From the NCBI RefSeq assembly GCF_009914755.1, contig NC_060938.1: a stretch of DNA of 64,000 nt. One strand, given 5' to 3'. A model generated the notes under the pieces. It ran no database searches. It saw only the letters and a list, made by a program, of their open reading frames with translations, and was not told the DNA's origin. Positions 46,886 to 60,816 of the stretch are shown one piece after another. This DNA is from the human T2T-CHM13v2.0 reference genome, Homo sapiens. Position 1 is the stretch's first letter. Each line of letters begins with the position of its first letter. A program made the translations under genes and the position numbers.

Positions 46886-49449
46886 CTATCCTATTTGAAA
46901 TACAGATATATACGCATTTAACAATTTTTGACATTATTAGCACACTGAGTATTAAATAGTATCTGAAAAGAGATACCTTTAAAAATGAAAACACCTTCCT
47001 ATTGGGGTTTTCTTCAAAACAAATAGATTATTTTTAAAAAGATTACAACTATAGCAACTTCAGTCTCTCCTGTTTTATCTACTAGAGTGGTTTGCTTCCT
47101 CTGCCTTTCTTAAAGTGATTGGTTAAAATGTTTTAGCACTTAGCACTTTCTTCCTAGTTTTGCAGATATGGCCCTGAAATGGCTTATGAGTAAGGCAAAT
47201 AGAGGATGTTCTTACTGGGCTAGTGCTTTTATTTCTCTCTTTCGCTTGTTCTATTTTTTAAGTGAAAATGGCATTAGCATCTTATTTGTCAGGCTTTCAT
47301 TTTCGTGTTTGAGAATTCCACTTGTAGATAACCAATAGCTATAACCTGTTCAGGTTTTTAAAAAATATAGCTTATTGAATGAGCAGTCACACACAAGAAA
47401 TTCCGTTCTTCCCGTAGTCCATCATGCTTTACCCGTATTCAGCTTCTCACTTCTGTATCTAAAAACACTAGATTTTATCATTCTACTTTAAAGTTTCTTT
47501 TTTTTTTTTTTTTTTTACTTTTCCTAAAATACTCAAATTTCCATAAAGGAACAAGGAATAAAGCTTAAGCATAACTTCAAAAGAGACATAAGCGGGGTGA
47601 ACAAGATCCAAACACAGGCTCTCTTGATGTAAAGATAGACCTTTAACCATGTGCAATCTGTCTATTAAGAAAATAGAGGACTCTAAACACAAAATTAAGA
47701 GTATAGTTGTCTCTGTGTGACTGAAAAAGAGTGAAAGATAACTGCAAAATTATTGATACTGTTCTTATGCTTAAATTGGGTTGTGTGCTTACATGTGTTC
47801 ATTATGTTAATATGTCTCATAGGTTAGGTATCTTAATCAAATATGCAGTTATATAAATACAATACACTGAGATAAGATAACTAGCAACACATTGAAACAA
47901 AAAAAACAAGAATAGGATTGAATACTGTCACGATCTTTACAAGGCCTGGCCTTTCACTATGTAAATAGATATCTTTTAGTCCAAGAAATCACAGAACTTA
48001 CACATTTTTGGGAAAAGAAGAAAAAATTCATAGAATAAATTAATTTTATGTCCTGTAAGCAAAAGTCTACTAAGGTGAATTCATAATATCCCATAACAGC
48101 AAAAAAGAATGCATTCAGAAGTCCTAAATCTATAAACAATAAAAATAGTTAAGCACATAGAATTTACTTAAGTTCAAAAGCATCATGTTCATTAGAATTA
48201 TGTAATTCTTGTAGCGTTTAGTACATCCTGGATAATTCTTATTCCCATTATTTATTGCTAAGCACATTGAAATTTCAGATTAATAATATTATTATTTTTT
48301 AACTTTCATTTGTATTGTAACTGTTGGTTTTAACTGATGAAGATGCAAAACAAAAATAAACATTCAGGTAAATAACTATTTTCTGGAAAGATCCAACCTG
48401 TAAGCTAGCAATATGGTTTGATTCTTTCTTTTAAAGTTATGTTATTATAAGTATATAAGCAATTCAGATAATAGATCCTGGGTTATGATGCATATCCTAT
48501 TTGCATAAGCTTAATATATTTTAAAGATAACCAAGAAAGATAATGTATAATTAAAACTATAAATAAACACATTACTCAACATAATTACTCCTTAAATATT
48601 CAGTCCATTTAATATAGGTCTTTGCTGCCGTAAATGAACTCCCATGAGCTTCTAGAGAGACTCGTTTTATTAAATGTTATAGTCTCTGGCTCTGACCAAT
48701 CATAGCGCTATAGACACTGTTATAAACAATGTAAAAAGCTGCTAAAAAAGCAAGAGGTATTTTTTATTTTTTTGTAATTTGATTTTATTATCATGTTTTC
48801 ATACCCACACAAAATAATCAATACATTAACATACAACCATCACACATATTCAACAATTATCATAATTTTGTTGTTTCTGCTTAAGGTATCCCTGTTCTCT
48901 TCTTGCCAAATTATTTTAAAATTATATCTCAGAATGTAATTTTATACCTACATACTTAAGGATACATCTCTAGAAAATGCAGATATTTAGTAATACATTT
49001 TTGCACAGTTTATTTTACTTCAGTATCTCAATTCAAATATTGTTTGTTATTAAAAAACTGCCTCTAGCATATGTTTTACTATATATTTAAGAATATAATT
49101 TGGAAAAAAGAGTCTGACACATAGTCCATGTTCAATTTACCTCTTCAACTGATCTACTAAAAGGAAAAAAATGACACCAATACTTCTTACTCTTCCCTGA
49201 AGTTATGTTATGATATTTTTAGATTTTGAAATCCTGTAAAGTGTGCCCATTATTGGTTTCAAGTACATGTTTCCTAACTCATTTCAATCTCTTCTATAAT
49301 CAAGTGCAAGAGAAAATATAAAATAGGCCCTATGATTGTAGAAATAAAAGTGGAAAAAACTAGCCTAGAGTTCATAAAAGTAGACATATAAAAATCTTGA
49401 AATGATAAAGGCCATAATCAATTAATTGAAATTAAAATTATTCCTTTGA

Positions 49450-49825
<376 letters not shown>

Positions 49826-50799
49826 AGTGTATGCCTTCTAAAAGCAGAGTCTGTAGTAAATATATATATAAATGGTAACACAAGCATATAAAATAAAATG
49901 TGGCAATTACTATTCAATGAAAAATACAGGGACATTTGGGAGAGCATAACAAGTAAAGTAAGGGAGTAAATACGTGCTGAGATAAATGAATTTTTGTTAC
50001 ATGAGTCAGGAGTTAAAGAAATAAATGAAAGATGAGAGATTAGGATATAAAGTATATAGGGTGCCAGTTCATATAACACTTTATATTAAAGGAATTTGAG
50101 CTTTTGGTTGAAACAATGGAAGCTATTGGGAGTTTTAAGGGGATTGATATGAAGGAGGTAAAATAGGAGTCTATAGCACTAATCTAAAGTGGTAAGTGAA
50201 TGGAAGTCAAAGCTATTTAGTGGAGTAGGTTGAACCAAAATTGATGACTAAGTAGGTGGTATCTAAAGGAAAGGAAAAGTTTGAGTCTTGGGTATCTGGC
50301 ATGCATAGTATACTAACAGTGATATACACAGTTACTTTCAGGCTCACTGAATGAGTAGTGGTCAATGAAATACAGAACAAAGTCATGCAATTCACTTTCA
50401 AGTTGTGTTCTTGAAACTTCCCATGGCACCCATGAAGATTTCAAGAGTCATTTGTTATTATATGCCATCTTGACTAATACCAAGTTGTTAGAAAAAAATG
50501 AAATACTATTGTAACAATAAGCTAAAATAAGTGGTATTGTCTTAACAATGAGAAAGAGCATGAGGAAACTTAAGATCATAGATGATGAAAACTGTTTCCC
50601 CTATCCCCACTCCCAAGAAGGGAGAGGTTGGGGTTATACAAAGTGATTAATCTATGTGTTCTTCCCAGAAAAAAAAAGGCAGAGTTTAATCAAATAACTT
50701 TTCCAACCTTTAGTATATGGTTCATTCAAACTGTCTGACCTGTAGTGTTTCAGAATTACCAATGGTCAGTGGTTTCTATGTACTATACCTTATATTTTG

Positions 50800-50970
50800 C
50801 CTTTCTAAATGGGCTATGAGCATTACATATCTTAGCTCATTTATCTTTTAAATAACTTTAAGAAGCTAGTATTATTATTAGCTTGATTTTGCTGGTGAGA
50901 ACATTGAGATGTAGAGATTCAGAGTAGCTAGTGTTTGGTATAACTATGATTTAAATTTAGTTCTGTCTTA
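50800..50970 (-). mobile_element. MIR fragment
   Basis: ctcatttatctttaaataactttaagaag…attattattagcttgattttgctggtgagaacattgagatgtagaga. Confidence 0.55.
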
Positions 50971-51989
50971 TTATAATATTAAACAAGTATGTGACTTCGT
51001 AGTGTAATGAGTCTCTTTCAAAACATACAGCAGTTGCAGCCTAACATCTTGTTACTTTAGGTGGTGACATAATGTATTGACTCATATTGAGCACTTCTAA
51101 GTGTGAGTTTTAAGTAGCTTTTTTTCTTTAGAAAGGTGCTGAAGATAATTCAAATACTTTTTTGCATATTATTTTGTGTCCCTGTAGATTGCTAGGAGTA
51201 TGAGGGCAGGGCCATATATATTGTGTTCATCTCTCTATATTCATTTTCTAATGCTGGTCCAAGAAACAGGTTGAGATGCTAAGTAGGGAGGCCGTAGAAA
51301 ACATCATTGAAAAGATAGCATTTATGCAAAAATTTAAAGGTGGTGAGGGATTAAACATGTAGATATCTGAAAGAAGGGAACTCAGGCAGAGGGAAAAGAC
51401 AGTGCAAAAGCCCAAGACAGCCCCATATCTGGCTTGTTTGAAGGGGTTCAAGGAAACCAGTGTGACTGGAGATGAGTGAGGAAGGGGAGTTAACGATGAG
51501 CACACAGAAGTAATTTGGGCCTTGATATATGTTTTTAATTTTTAAAAATATATATTATATTTAAATGACATAATAATTGTACAAATTTACAGGGTATTTT
51601 AAAACTCACATTGCCTTAGAATTTTACCATCAATGAAAGAGAGGGTCACTACAGGTCCTAAGAAGAGAAGTGATACGCTCTTTTATGTAAAAAGGATGAC
51701 TGTGGATATTGTGTTGGTAACTGACTGTAAGGGGACACTTTTAGGAAAAGTCCCCTCTTTAGATATTGACTTTATCCAAGAGGAAAACAGTAGTAATTCA
51801 CACCTCAGTAGACATGGTGAGAAGTAGCAGATTCTAGATATTATAAAGTCTTTGAGTTTAAGCAACCAGAGGAAGGATGCCATCAAATGAAATGGATAAG
51901 CATAAACAGGTTTGGTAGTAGCTGGGAGATGGAAATCAGCAATTTCTCTTGAGTCATACTTTCTTTGAGATTTCCATTAGGTATCTGAA

Positions 51990-52480
51990 GTAATCAGAAA
52001 CTAGCCAGGAAAATTGAAATCATTGAGAATTTAAAACAAAGGGAATTGATAGTAGAAATAACTTTAAAAAAATTAAAGCCAACCAGGGGACAGTGAGGCA
52101 ACCTACAATTTAGCAACAATGGGAGGCTACTATCACCTTCCCTTGGAGAACAGGGATAGGAGGCTGTACTACTGGAGCTGCAGGGAGGGATATTTGGGGG
52201 AAGCTGGAACCACAGTGGGCCTATGTAAAGGTGCAGGAGCCTGTAAAAAATGCAACTGTTATTAGGGATGACAGGGAGAAATTGAGACAATATCTAGATT
52301 TCTCTTTGTTCCTGCCTTCCATCTTTCTGCATGTGTCTCCTATTGTTTGAGCCTACCTGGAAGCCAGCTTTCAGAAAATCTGAGCTACATAATCCACAGT
52401 GTTCATCCCCTCTGTCTTAAGAACTGAACTGGGCAGAGTGAGGAATGGGTCTCAGGAAAAATAGACCCATTATCATCACA
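51990..52480 (-). mobile_element. LTR33-type ERVL LTR
   Basis: tagcaacaatgggaggctactatcacc…tctcctattgtttgagcctacctggaagccag. Confidence 0.55.
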
Positions 52481-52719
52481 ACATTTAGGTGGAAGTGTAA
52501 AAAATGCAATTGGATTTATGAGTGTGGAATTTGGGATAGAGATATGGCATGGAAATATAAATTTGGGAGTCATTAGCATTTACACTGCATGTAAAACCAT
52601 GAGATTGGATGAGATAACCAAGGAAAGAAGTGCAGAGAAAGATGATGGTGGGGGGAAATAAAATACTGAGGCCTGGAGCATTCCAACATTGAGTCTGAGG
52701 AATAGAAGAAAACACTAAA

Positions 52720-52743
52720 AGAGAGAGAGAGAGAGAGGGAGAC

Positions 52744-52794
<51 letters not shown>
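52720..52794. repeat. (GA)n microsatellite
   Basis: ~75-bp imperfect GA run. Confidence 0.97.
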
Positions 52795-52797
<3 letters not shown>

Positions 52798-53308
52798 ATA
52801 CAAATAATATAAAACCAGGGAGTCAAATGAAGATAGTATTATGAGAATAATCTACTTCAAATGCTGCTGATAAATCAAGTAAGGTGAGAAAAATAACTAT
52901 AAGATTAACAAAGTGGAGGACAGGTCTAATTAGAGTACTGGGGGGCAAAAATCTGTATGGAAGTGAAATGATTAAAGAGAAAATGCAAGAAGCAAATGAC
53001 ATGGTGACTATAAATTATCCTTTTAAAGAGTTTTGGTGAAAAAGGGATCAAATTCCCTGGCAGTATCTGACAATGAAAATGGGGAAAATGAAGAATACTG
53101 GTTGCTTATTTGCTTTTATTTTCTAGTATGACAGAAGTAATAGCTTATTTGTATGATCATGAAATGACCCAATAATGAGGAAAATTTGATTACGTATAAG
53201 AGGGGTAAGTATTGAAAAGTATCTGTCTATAGCCTGTGTAGTCAGAAAGAGCTGATGAACAAGTAAAGGCGTAAGCTTGAGGTAGGTGTATAAACATTTC
53301 ATTTCTGG

Positions 53309-53538
53309 CAGTGGTTTTCTTTAAGGAGAGATTTCACTCTGCAAGGAGCCAATTGGCAGTGTTTGGAGATGTTTTCTGTTGTCACAACTTGTGAATGGAG
53401 TTACTACTGGCATCGAATTGGAGAGGCCAGGGATGTTGCTAAACATCCTGCAACATACAAGGTAACCTTTCCAACACCCCATCCCAAACATAGAATTATC
53501 TGGCTCAGTTTGTCCATAGTACCAGAGAAAAGACCCTG
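53309..53538 (+). mobile_element. MER20 hAT-Charlie MITE
   Basis: cagtggttttc…gttttctgttgtcacaact…gaggccagggatgttgctaaacatcct…agaattatctggc…gaccctg. Confidence 0.9.
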
Positions 53539-54528
53539 CTCTATTAATATGCAGGATGAGTAGTGTGTAATTTTAGATACTGGCGTTAAGTATATGTAGT
53601 AGTGGGAGTCTGCATACATTTACTCTTGATTGTTATTTATCTATCTATTTATTTATTTATTGACACAGGAAACAAGGTCATCAGCTGGCATTGAGATTGA
53701 AGAAAAGTATGTGAGGGGTGTGAAATGAGGAAAGAATCCATAAGTTAATCTTACATAAGAGGAAGAAGGCAATGGCTAACAAAAGAAAAATGGGCTTGTT
53801 TGGCCACATTAAAGGCACATTTGCTTTTCAAGGTTGTGGTTTTAAAGAGATAACAATCAGCACAATTTGGTTATGTGTTTTTCTCCCACTGCAGTTTGGG
53901 TATAAAAGCAATTCCAAAATTGATGGAGACATGCATGAAACTAAGGCTATAGTTTTGCTAAGTCAGTCATGTTTAGTAGATAGAAATTTATTTGATGACC
54001 AAGGATGGCACAAAATGTTTAAAAGACTGAATATGTGACATAATAAAGCACATTTATGAAACAGTAAATTGCTTTTCGTAAAGGTGGATTATTTGATGTA
54101 TTTTGAAGAAGAAATAACAACTGTGAATCAAATATTTATTTATGAAATTGGCAGAGAGTAAATGATTAAAGTTTTAATGATCAGATTGTCATTTTAGAGT
54201 AATTATCATTATACGACAGTGAAGAAAAGTTTGAAGAAGTTATAGAAAAAGGATGCTATTGTTTTAAATTAATGCACTGGTCTAGCTGTGATTTCATTAA
54301 GATGATTTCATAACTGTAACAGTAACAATAGGAATATTAAGGAAAAGAATGTTGAGGACAGGAATTAAAGAGAAATTTATTTGTTGAAATAAATTAGGTT
54401 TTTAGATTCATTATGATTAATGTTTAAGAATGAATATATAATTTCTAGTCAATATATAATAATGCAAATTTAACACATAAGAAATATTGAGAGAAAAAGC
54501 ATTCTACCTTAAACATATTGCTAGACCA

Positions 54529-55111
54529 TGTGAGAGAGTTCTGTAGAATAGATTCAAGAATGGTGTGGAAAGGGGTGGTACCTCCTGATCAATTTTCTCC
54601 CCTGATGGGGGCAGGTGTGGAGGAAAACTCCTGGGAAATAAAGAAGTCAGGTGTTCTGGTTTAATTTTTCTGCAAACATATTAATGCAAGTCTCTTAGAA
54701 AATAAACTAAATAGTTTTTGGTGGCCAAAGAATCATTCTTCATAAAATGTTTCTAGCAGACCATGCGGAGTTGTCTAAAATTGCTTATGAAAAATAAGCC
54801 AGGAATCAATAAATGTAGGGTGATGATTCCCAAGAAAATGTCACGTTAGCTGTGTTGCTGTCTAAGTATAAAAGGAGATGGTTTGTAACTGAGAATACAC
54901 TTGAGTAAGTAAAGCAACTGTACATTTTACTTAGAAACCAAATCTAGAAACTTGGATGAGACCACATTCAATGAAGATGAAAGGACCCAGGTCTCTCCCC
55001 ACTTAACCCATACATGATTATTTTATCTTTGAAATTATTCAGAAAGCATGATACTGAGCAAAATCTTCAATCTGAGTCTGATTTGACAATTCAATGCTTT
55101 TTGTGGGTTCA
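54529..55111 (+). mobile_element. 5' LTR of the provirus (5' boundary uncertain, possibly 54616)
   Basis: Ends …gggttCA directly before the PBS; TATAAAAG at 54867-54874; homologous to the solo LTR at 10215-10700. Confidence 0.7.
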
Positions 55112-55114
55112 GAT

Positions 55115-55132
55115 TGGCACTGAGAGCAGGAT
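55115..55132 (+). promoter_or_regulatory. Primer binding site, tRNA-Ser(CGA)-type
   Basis: TGGCACTGAGAGCAGGAT, 3 nt after the LTR-terminal CA; 16/18 match to TGGCGCTGTGAGCAGGAT, the complement of the tRNA-Ser(CGA) 3' end as recalled. Confidence 0.75.
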
Positions 55133-55499
55133 TGTCTTTTAGACCCACACACCAAAATAGTGAATGTTTTCTTTTTCTACCTGGGCTCCTTTTCAAAAGG
55201 AAATAATGGAAAAATATGAGAATTTGTTCTCAGGATAGTTGGCTGTACATTTTTGGTATGAGGTAGTGGAATCTTTGAGGCAGGTTAAGGGAAATAAGTC
55301 TTACCATTGAAATCTGGGGGCCATAGACTACAGTCTGGGAGTACGGGTCTAGGGAGTACATGGACAAAGGGAAATTGGGTGCAAATCCCATTGACTGACT
55401 CCTGCTAGCATACCTGTAAAAGCTAACCTTTTAATAGGTTAGTTTTTAATAGGAGGAGATGATAGTGGGAGAAAAAGCTGCGAGATTACATTTTATTCA

Positions 55500-56500
55500 C
55501 TGGAAAACCTTCTTATCCCTCCCTGGTTTCTTGGAGAAATTTCTTGTATCTTTTGAAATGACTCAAAATATTGATTATAGGACAAACTATTTATGTAACC
55601 AGAGTCCAAGGACAGGTGATGAGTGAAAACTATATTTTATTAAAGAACAGAATATTCACTAACAGAAGACTGGTGAATTAACATTGGCATGGATTCTTCA
55701 AATTAATGATGGAGGACATGTTGCAATTCTATTATTATCTGATGCAAAGGACTATTCATGGTCATGACTAATCATTAAATGGCTGTAAACTTTTGAGAAA
55801 ACACTTCCAAATACTGTGACAGCATATCGGCTGCAGTTGTTAAGGTGAGATTTGTCAGTCCTATACTGAGAAGGGTAACTGCTACTACTCCTCTCCAAAT
55901 TGCCAATTGGATTCTCCTTTTCACATGATAGGAATGATACAAGTGTAAAGGTTGACAGGCTTTATATTTTCCAGAGAGAAAACACCTTAGTTAATGCTAT
56001 TGATGCAAATAATAAGAGATAGAGTGAATGGGATAAGCTAATGATTCTCTGTCTTACAAGACTTATATAACCTTGAGGGCCAAATATATATATTCAGAGA
56101 ACAGTAACAAACATACAGGTTTAGTTACTATACATGGGATTATATGGAGAAAAAACATTTATATCATGTGCACAACAGGGAGAAATTAAAAATCAGAAGA
56201 GAAAATAGAAAGGCAGCTCACATGAATTAATTTACTTTTGAAGAAAATATAAATAGCATTTAAAAAGTAAGCCTTGATAGAATTTTTAATAAGAAAGTAA
56301 AAGCACATTATCAACTTTTGAATCAGAGGAGTACTGTAGCCCCCACCAATCCCTTAAAGAATCATAGAAAATTTGCTTTATTTATTGTGGCTGAAAGAGT
56401 TCAAATCCAATTATGAGGATATGATATAGAACAGAATATACTTGAACAGGGGGCTGAGTTTACTGCCTTAATTAAAGCCATAGAATCTGAAAACAATTAA
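55500..56500 (+). pseudogene. Decayed ERV gag
   Basis: From 55663 reads QKTGELTLAWILQINDGG, similar to the ERV-L gag motif QKxGExxxxWILRVWDxG. Confidence 0.65.
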
Positions 56501-57194
56501 ATAAAGAACTGAGGTCTGTTCATTCCAGCCCCAGTCATGGATCTGAGGCCATATATGTAATAATTTGAACAAAGTTACCTGGGGTGGTATTCAAAGTTTC
56601 TTATCATTGGTAGGATGCAGAGCAGAATTTACAGTAGGCCTTATGGAAGGTAGGAAAGAGTCTCATACATGCTCTAAGTGAAATCTGGAGTGCATGAAGA
56701 GAACATCAGGGAGGAAACCAAGGTAAAGATGACGTTACAGGTTGAAATGTGTGGTTGGAGAGAATATTACCTGCTTGTGCTACCTTCACATAAATACAAA
56801 ATTGCAATTGTCATTCAATATGAATGGGACATTGTCGTCTTTGTGTTTCCACAGAGGATGAAGACTGAGCTCACTCTTCACCAAATTTTAATTAGCCATG
56901 CCAAATGGAATCCTTTGGAATTGCTCAAGCTCTCCACAGTAGTAAATATTAAACAATGCAGAATTCCAAGGGCACAATAAGAGACTACTGTTGTAATTAA
57001 GAAAATGGTTTAGAAGGAAGTTCCCCTCCCCACATTAACTTCCCTTTTGTAGTTCTAACTGGTCAATAAGTAGGTAGCCCCTGGACATTTACAGTAGAGT
57101 ATCAAGGTGGTTCATTTGCATGCTTCATCTCTACCTGATATGATGAAGAATGTACAGAAAATAAAGTAGACAAGAGGCTCTGATATGCTATCAA

Positions 57195-57320
57195 GATTAA
57201 CTACATAATTCATAGAGCTGAGTATAAAATGAAAATGCATGGATACTTACTCAAAAATTATTAAGAATTTCGAGATAGCTACAACAGAGCATTAAACCAA
57301 TCTCAGGGGCCTCCTAAGAT
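57195..57320 (-). mobile_element. MER91A fragment inside ERV pol
   Basis: ctacataatt…aaaatgaaaatgc…tcaaaaattattaagaatttc…cagagcattaaaccaa. Confidence 0.8.
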
Positions 57321-57609
57321 TTTTTTTTTTAATTTCAAGTAGGAAAATTTTAAGCTTTGCAGAATAGAAACAAGTACATGTTTACTGTCTTATCATGGAT
57401 TAAAAAAATTCATTATCACATTTCCATAATCTGGTAAAGAATAACCTAAAAGATAGAGTTCATCTACTACTTTCATGGTATGATGATAATTTTCTTCTCA
57501 GAGCAAAAATTAGGAGAGGATTTAAGGACCATAGTCACCCATATTACAAATAGAAGCTGGGTGATAAATCCAGCTAGAATTTAAGGCACAGCCCAAGGTG
57601 CAAATTAAT

Positions 57610-57705
57610 TCCTGGAAATTAGTACAAATCAACTTAGGATGTTCCTTAAACTGCAACTAAATCCTGTAAATTAGTGCAGATCAACTTAGGACATTCCTTA
57701 AACTG
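57610..57705 (+). repeat. Tandem duplication, period 52 bp
   Basis: tcctggaaattagtacaaatcaacttaggatgttccttaaactg vs tcctgtaaattagtgcagatcaacttaggacattccttaaactg. Confidence 0.9.
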
Positions 57706-57837
57706 TGAGAAGTAATTTATCTTTCATAGGACCCACCAATAAGCAATAAACTCAGAGACTGTCAAGACTGTTCTAAGAATCTTGTCTACCCATACTCACA
57801 AAATAACTGGAAAGAGTTCAGAACGTGAATACAGCAT

Positions 57838-58265
57838 TGTAGTACTTTCCTAGGGCTGCTGGAACAAATTACCACAAACTGGGTAGCTTAAAACAACTGA
57901 AATTTATTATTTCACAGTTCTGGAGGCTAGAAGTCTGAAGCCAAGGAGTCAATAGGGTCAAGCTTCCTTGAAAAGCCACAGAAAAAAATCTTTTCTTGTC
58001 CCTGCCTAGGTTCTACTCTCTCCTACACATTTTTGGAGCTTTATTACTTATAGATTTATTACTCCAATTTCTGCTTTCGTTTTCAATTTCTTCTCCATGT
58101 GTCCTCTCTTCTTATAAAAACACCTCCAGTCATTGGAATTAGGACCCTCCTTAATCTAGTAGGAGCTCATCTTAACAAATTATATGTGCAAATTTCTAAA
58201 GAAGGTCACCTTCTGAGATTCTGAATGAATAATAATTTCAGAAGAGCACCATTTAACTCACTGCA
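57838..58265 (-). mobile_element. MLT1B/C-type MaLR LTR inside ERV pol
   Basis: ttcctagggctgctggaacaaattaccacaaactggg…cacagttctggaggctagaagtctga…cagtcattggaattaggaccc. Confidence 0.85.
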
Positions 58266-58525
58266 GGTACTGAATAGAAATAAGCATGAAAAGTATTGTG
58301 GTAGGTGGTAGCACAGGCAATAACATTAGGCCCTTATGATCCCATCCAACTGGTCAGATGATATTGGGGCATATCCAAACTAGAGCCCTTTAGGAAGAGT
58401 TAAATGGGACCACCAATTTAGACTCCTCAGGATTTTGACTCAAAATATGCCTGTGGCAGCTGTTTGCTATAATCCATTTGAAAGACACATGCTGTTGTAC
58501 TGAATGACACAGCCAATGTCAACAG

Positions 58526-58600
58526 GAAGGACCAGCTACATAACTTCTGTAACCCAGTGAAAAATGAAAAGCAAGGCCCCTTGCTCAAAAATTATTAAGG
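58526..58600 (-). mobile_element. MER91 fragment
   Basis: aggaccagctacataa…cccagtgaaaaatgaaaa…ggccccttgctcaaaaattattaag. Confidence 0.75.
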
Positions 58601-58679
58601 GTTCCTTTAGTGAAACCATTGCGTCCTGAGACTAATATGAGAAATAAATCACAAAATCCACTGTGCCTTACTAATATCA

Positions 58680-59290
58680 AGAGGTAGTAATGAGGGAGTG
58701 AAGGAGAATGCAATAATATATAACTTTATATCTTTCCCACCTCTAATACTTTTATTTGGCCTCTAATGGTGGTGTCAAACCCAGTTTTAAATTTACTTGC
58801 ACCAGAGGAAGATTATACAATACCCAAGACATGATATTTGTGTCATTTAATTTGACTGTGCCTTTTCTGAAAGGTAATTTGTGGTGGATCAAAAGTTCCT
58901 TCCTATGTAACCAATTAGGGCTAAAGGTGAAGGTAGCTCCATTATCAACAGAGGAGAGACTTCTGAGGTCCTTTGTCTATCACTTATAACATTTGTTTGA
59001 CAACAAACCCCATGACACAAGTTTACCTGTGTAACAAATCTGTACATGTAACCATGAACTTAAAATAAAAGTTAAACAAACAAACAAATAAAACCCAAAC
59101 ATTTGTTTGGGTGTGCTAGTAAGGTTCTTGTTATTGATTGTGTGGGCAAACATTATGCATGATGAGTTATACAGCCTGATATTGGGAGGAAGCGTTTGGA
59201 AATAGGGTAAAATCATAGAAGATGGGAAAGGTGTTTATAAGTAGATTACATTACCGTGGAGGGAAGCCACTACAATATTTTCACGCAAAC
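58680..59290 (+). pseudogene. Post-integrase linker, dUTPase-like and C-terminal pol remnant
   Basis: RGSNEGVKE, LNLLAPEE, FVSFNLTVPFLKGNLWWI…LGLKVKVAPL and GKIIEDGKG follow the order of the ERV-L pol C-terminus. Confidence 0.5.
59000..59097 (+). mobile_element. Very short L1PA 3' terminal insertion
   Basis: caaaccccatgacacaagtttacctgtgtaacaaa…aacttaaaataaaagtt; exact 12-bp TSD aacatttgtttg at 58988-58999 and 59098-59109. Confidence 0.9.
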
Positions 59291-60383
59291 AGCTCAGAGT
59301 GAGGATATCATACTTAACTATCTTTTGCTATTGTCATCCAAACAAATGGGCTTTGTTGGCGAAAATCTCTTGGCCTGCTTACTGCAGAAAAGGAAAATTG
59401 GACTCCTACTGATTTGGATGTTCTACCTGTATAATCTGAATAAAACAAATGACAAAGTGCCCCCTGACAACTCAGCTTGTGTGTAGTTGACTACAGTTAT
59501 CACTCAGTTTCTAGGCTTTGTTTACCATTCTAGATTATTTTTTTCCAGAGAAACTACCACTGAATTGTACAGAGCAGAGGATGCTGTAGAATAGAATTTC
59601 TGCACCCTATATGGCCATAAATCAAAATGATACATTGCTAAGACAGCTCCCTGGTCATGATAGAAAGCAGATAGTGGCTGCCTGTCTGGTATGTCACAGC
59701 TTGATCTGGTCTGTTGCTTTGAACATATCAGTGTGAATGTAAATGGAATTAATTTAAATAATATAAAACTAGAACCTAGAAAGCCTCAGAGAATGTGATT
59801 TTATGTTTGCTTTAATGCTTTAAAATTATAAATAACTCCCTCAAGAGGTACGTAGAGGACATTTAAGGGAAGTCTATGGCACAGCCAGATAAAACGGTAT
59901 CTGGTGCTAGGATATACCTAACAGAGAATTTCATGAAGCACATTATTTGTAGGTGTAGACAATGCTTTCAAACTAGACACATTTAATTAGCACATAATAT
60001 GAACTACATGAGTGGCAAGTTAAGCAGCACTGGCCCCTTTGCCAGGCATTTTGAAAGAATTACAGGATTTGGTCATGTGATATTAAATCTAATTGAAGTA
60101 GTGTTCTAGGAGGCCCATCATTAAGATAAAAATGACTTGCTACTTCAAATAGGGACACTAGAGGAAGCTGTTTTTAGAGGACTCAGTTGCAGTAGGAAAT
60201 CAGTTTGGTTTAAGACAATGCTTGAACCGAAGACACTGAATAAATAATGACTTCCATGCTTATTAACAACACTAGGATTAACTTTGTACCTTTAGTCAGG
60301 AAGGACTATTGGATATATTAATCACTATGGGATATTATGTCTTTAATGTTGAGTTGCAGGAATTCATAAAGAAACAAGCTCAA

Positions 60384-60816
<433 letters not shown>

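Larger units (their letters stand above)
51260..53300 (-). mobile_element. L2 (L2a-like), interrupted by an L1MA fragment, LTR33 and (GA)n
   Basis: caggcagagggaaaagacagtgcaaaagcc…, ataaatttgggagtcattagcat…, tcaaatgctgctgataaatcaagtaagg are typical antisense L2 motifs. Confidence 0.8.
56540..58640 (+). pseudogene. Decayed ERV protease + reverse transcriptase/connection
   Basis: DLRPY (56540), VTWGGIQSFLSLVGCRAEFTV, HAKWNPLEL…VVNIKQCRIP, WTFTVEYQ (57082), KYMFTVL, YDD (57479), SWVINPARI*G, LGPYDP (58326), YNPFER (58468), LRPE (58619), all in ERV-L pol order. Confidence 0.9.

Noticed and set aside
47400-47470. Small CpG cluster with a minus-strand acceptor-like site (tgtttttag|ATAC at 47458)
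   Set aside because: Weak pyrimidine tract, no convincing donor or reading frame
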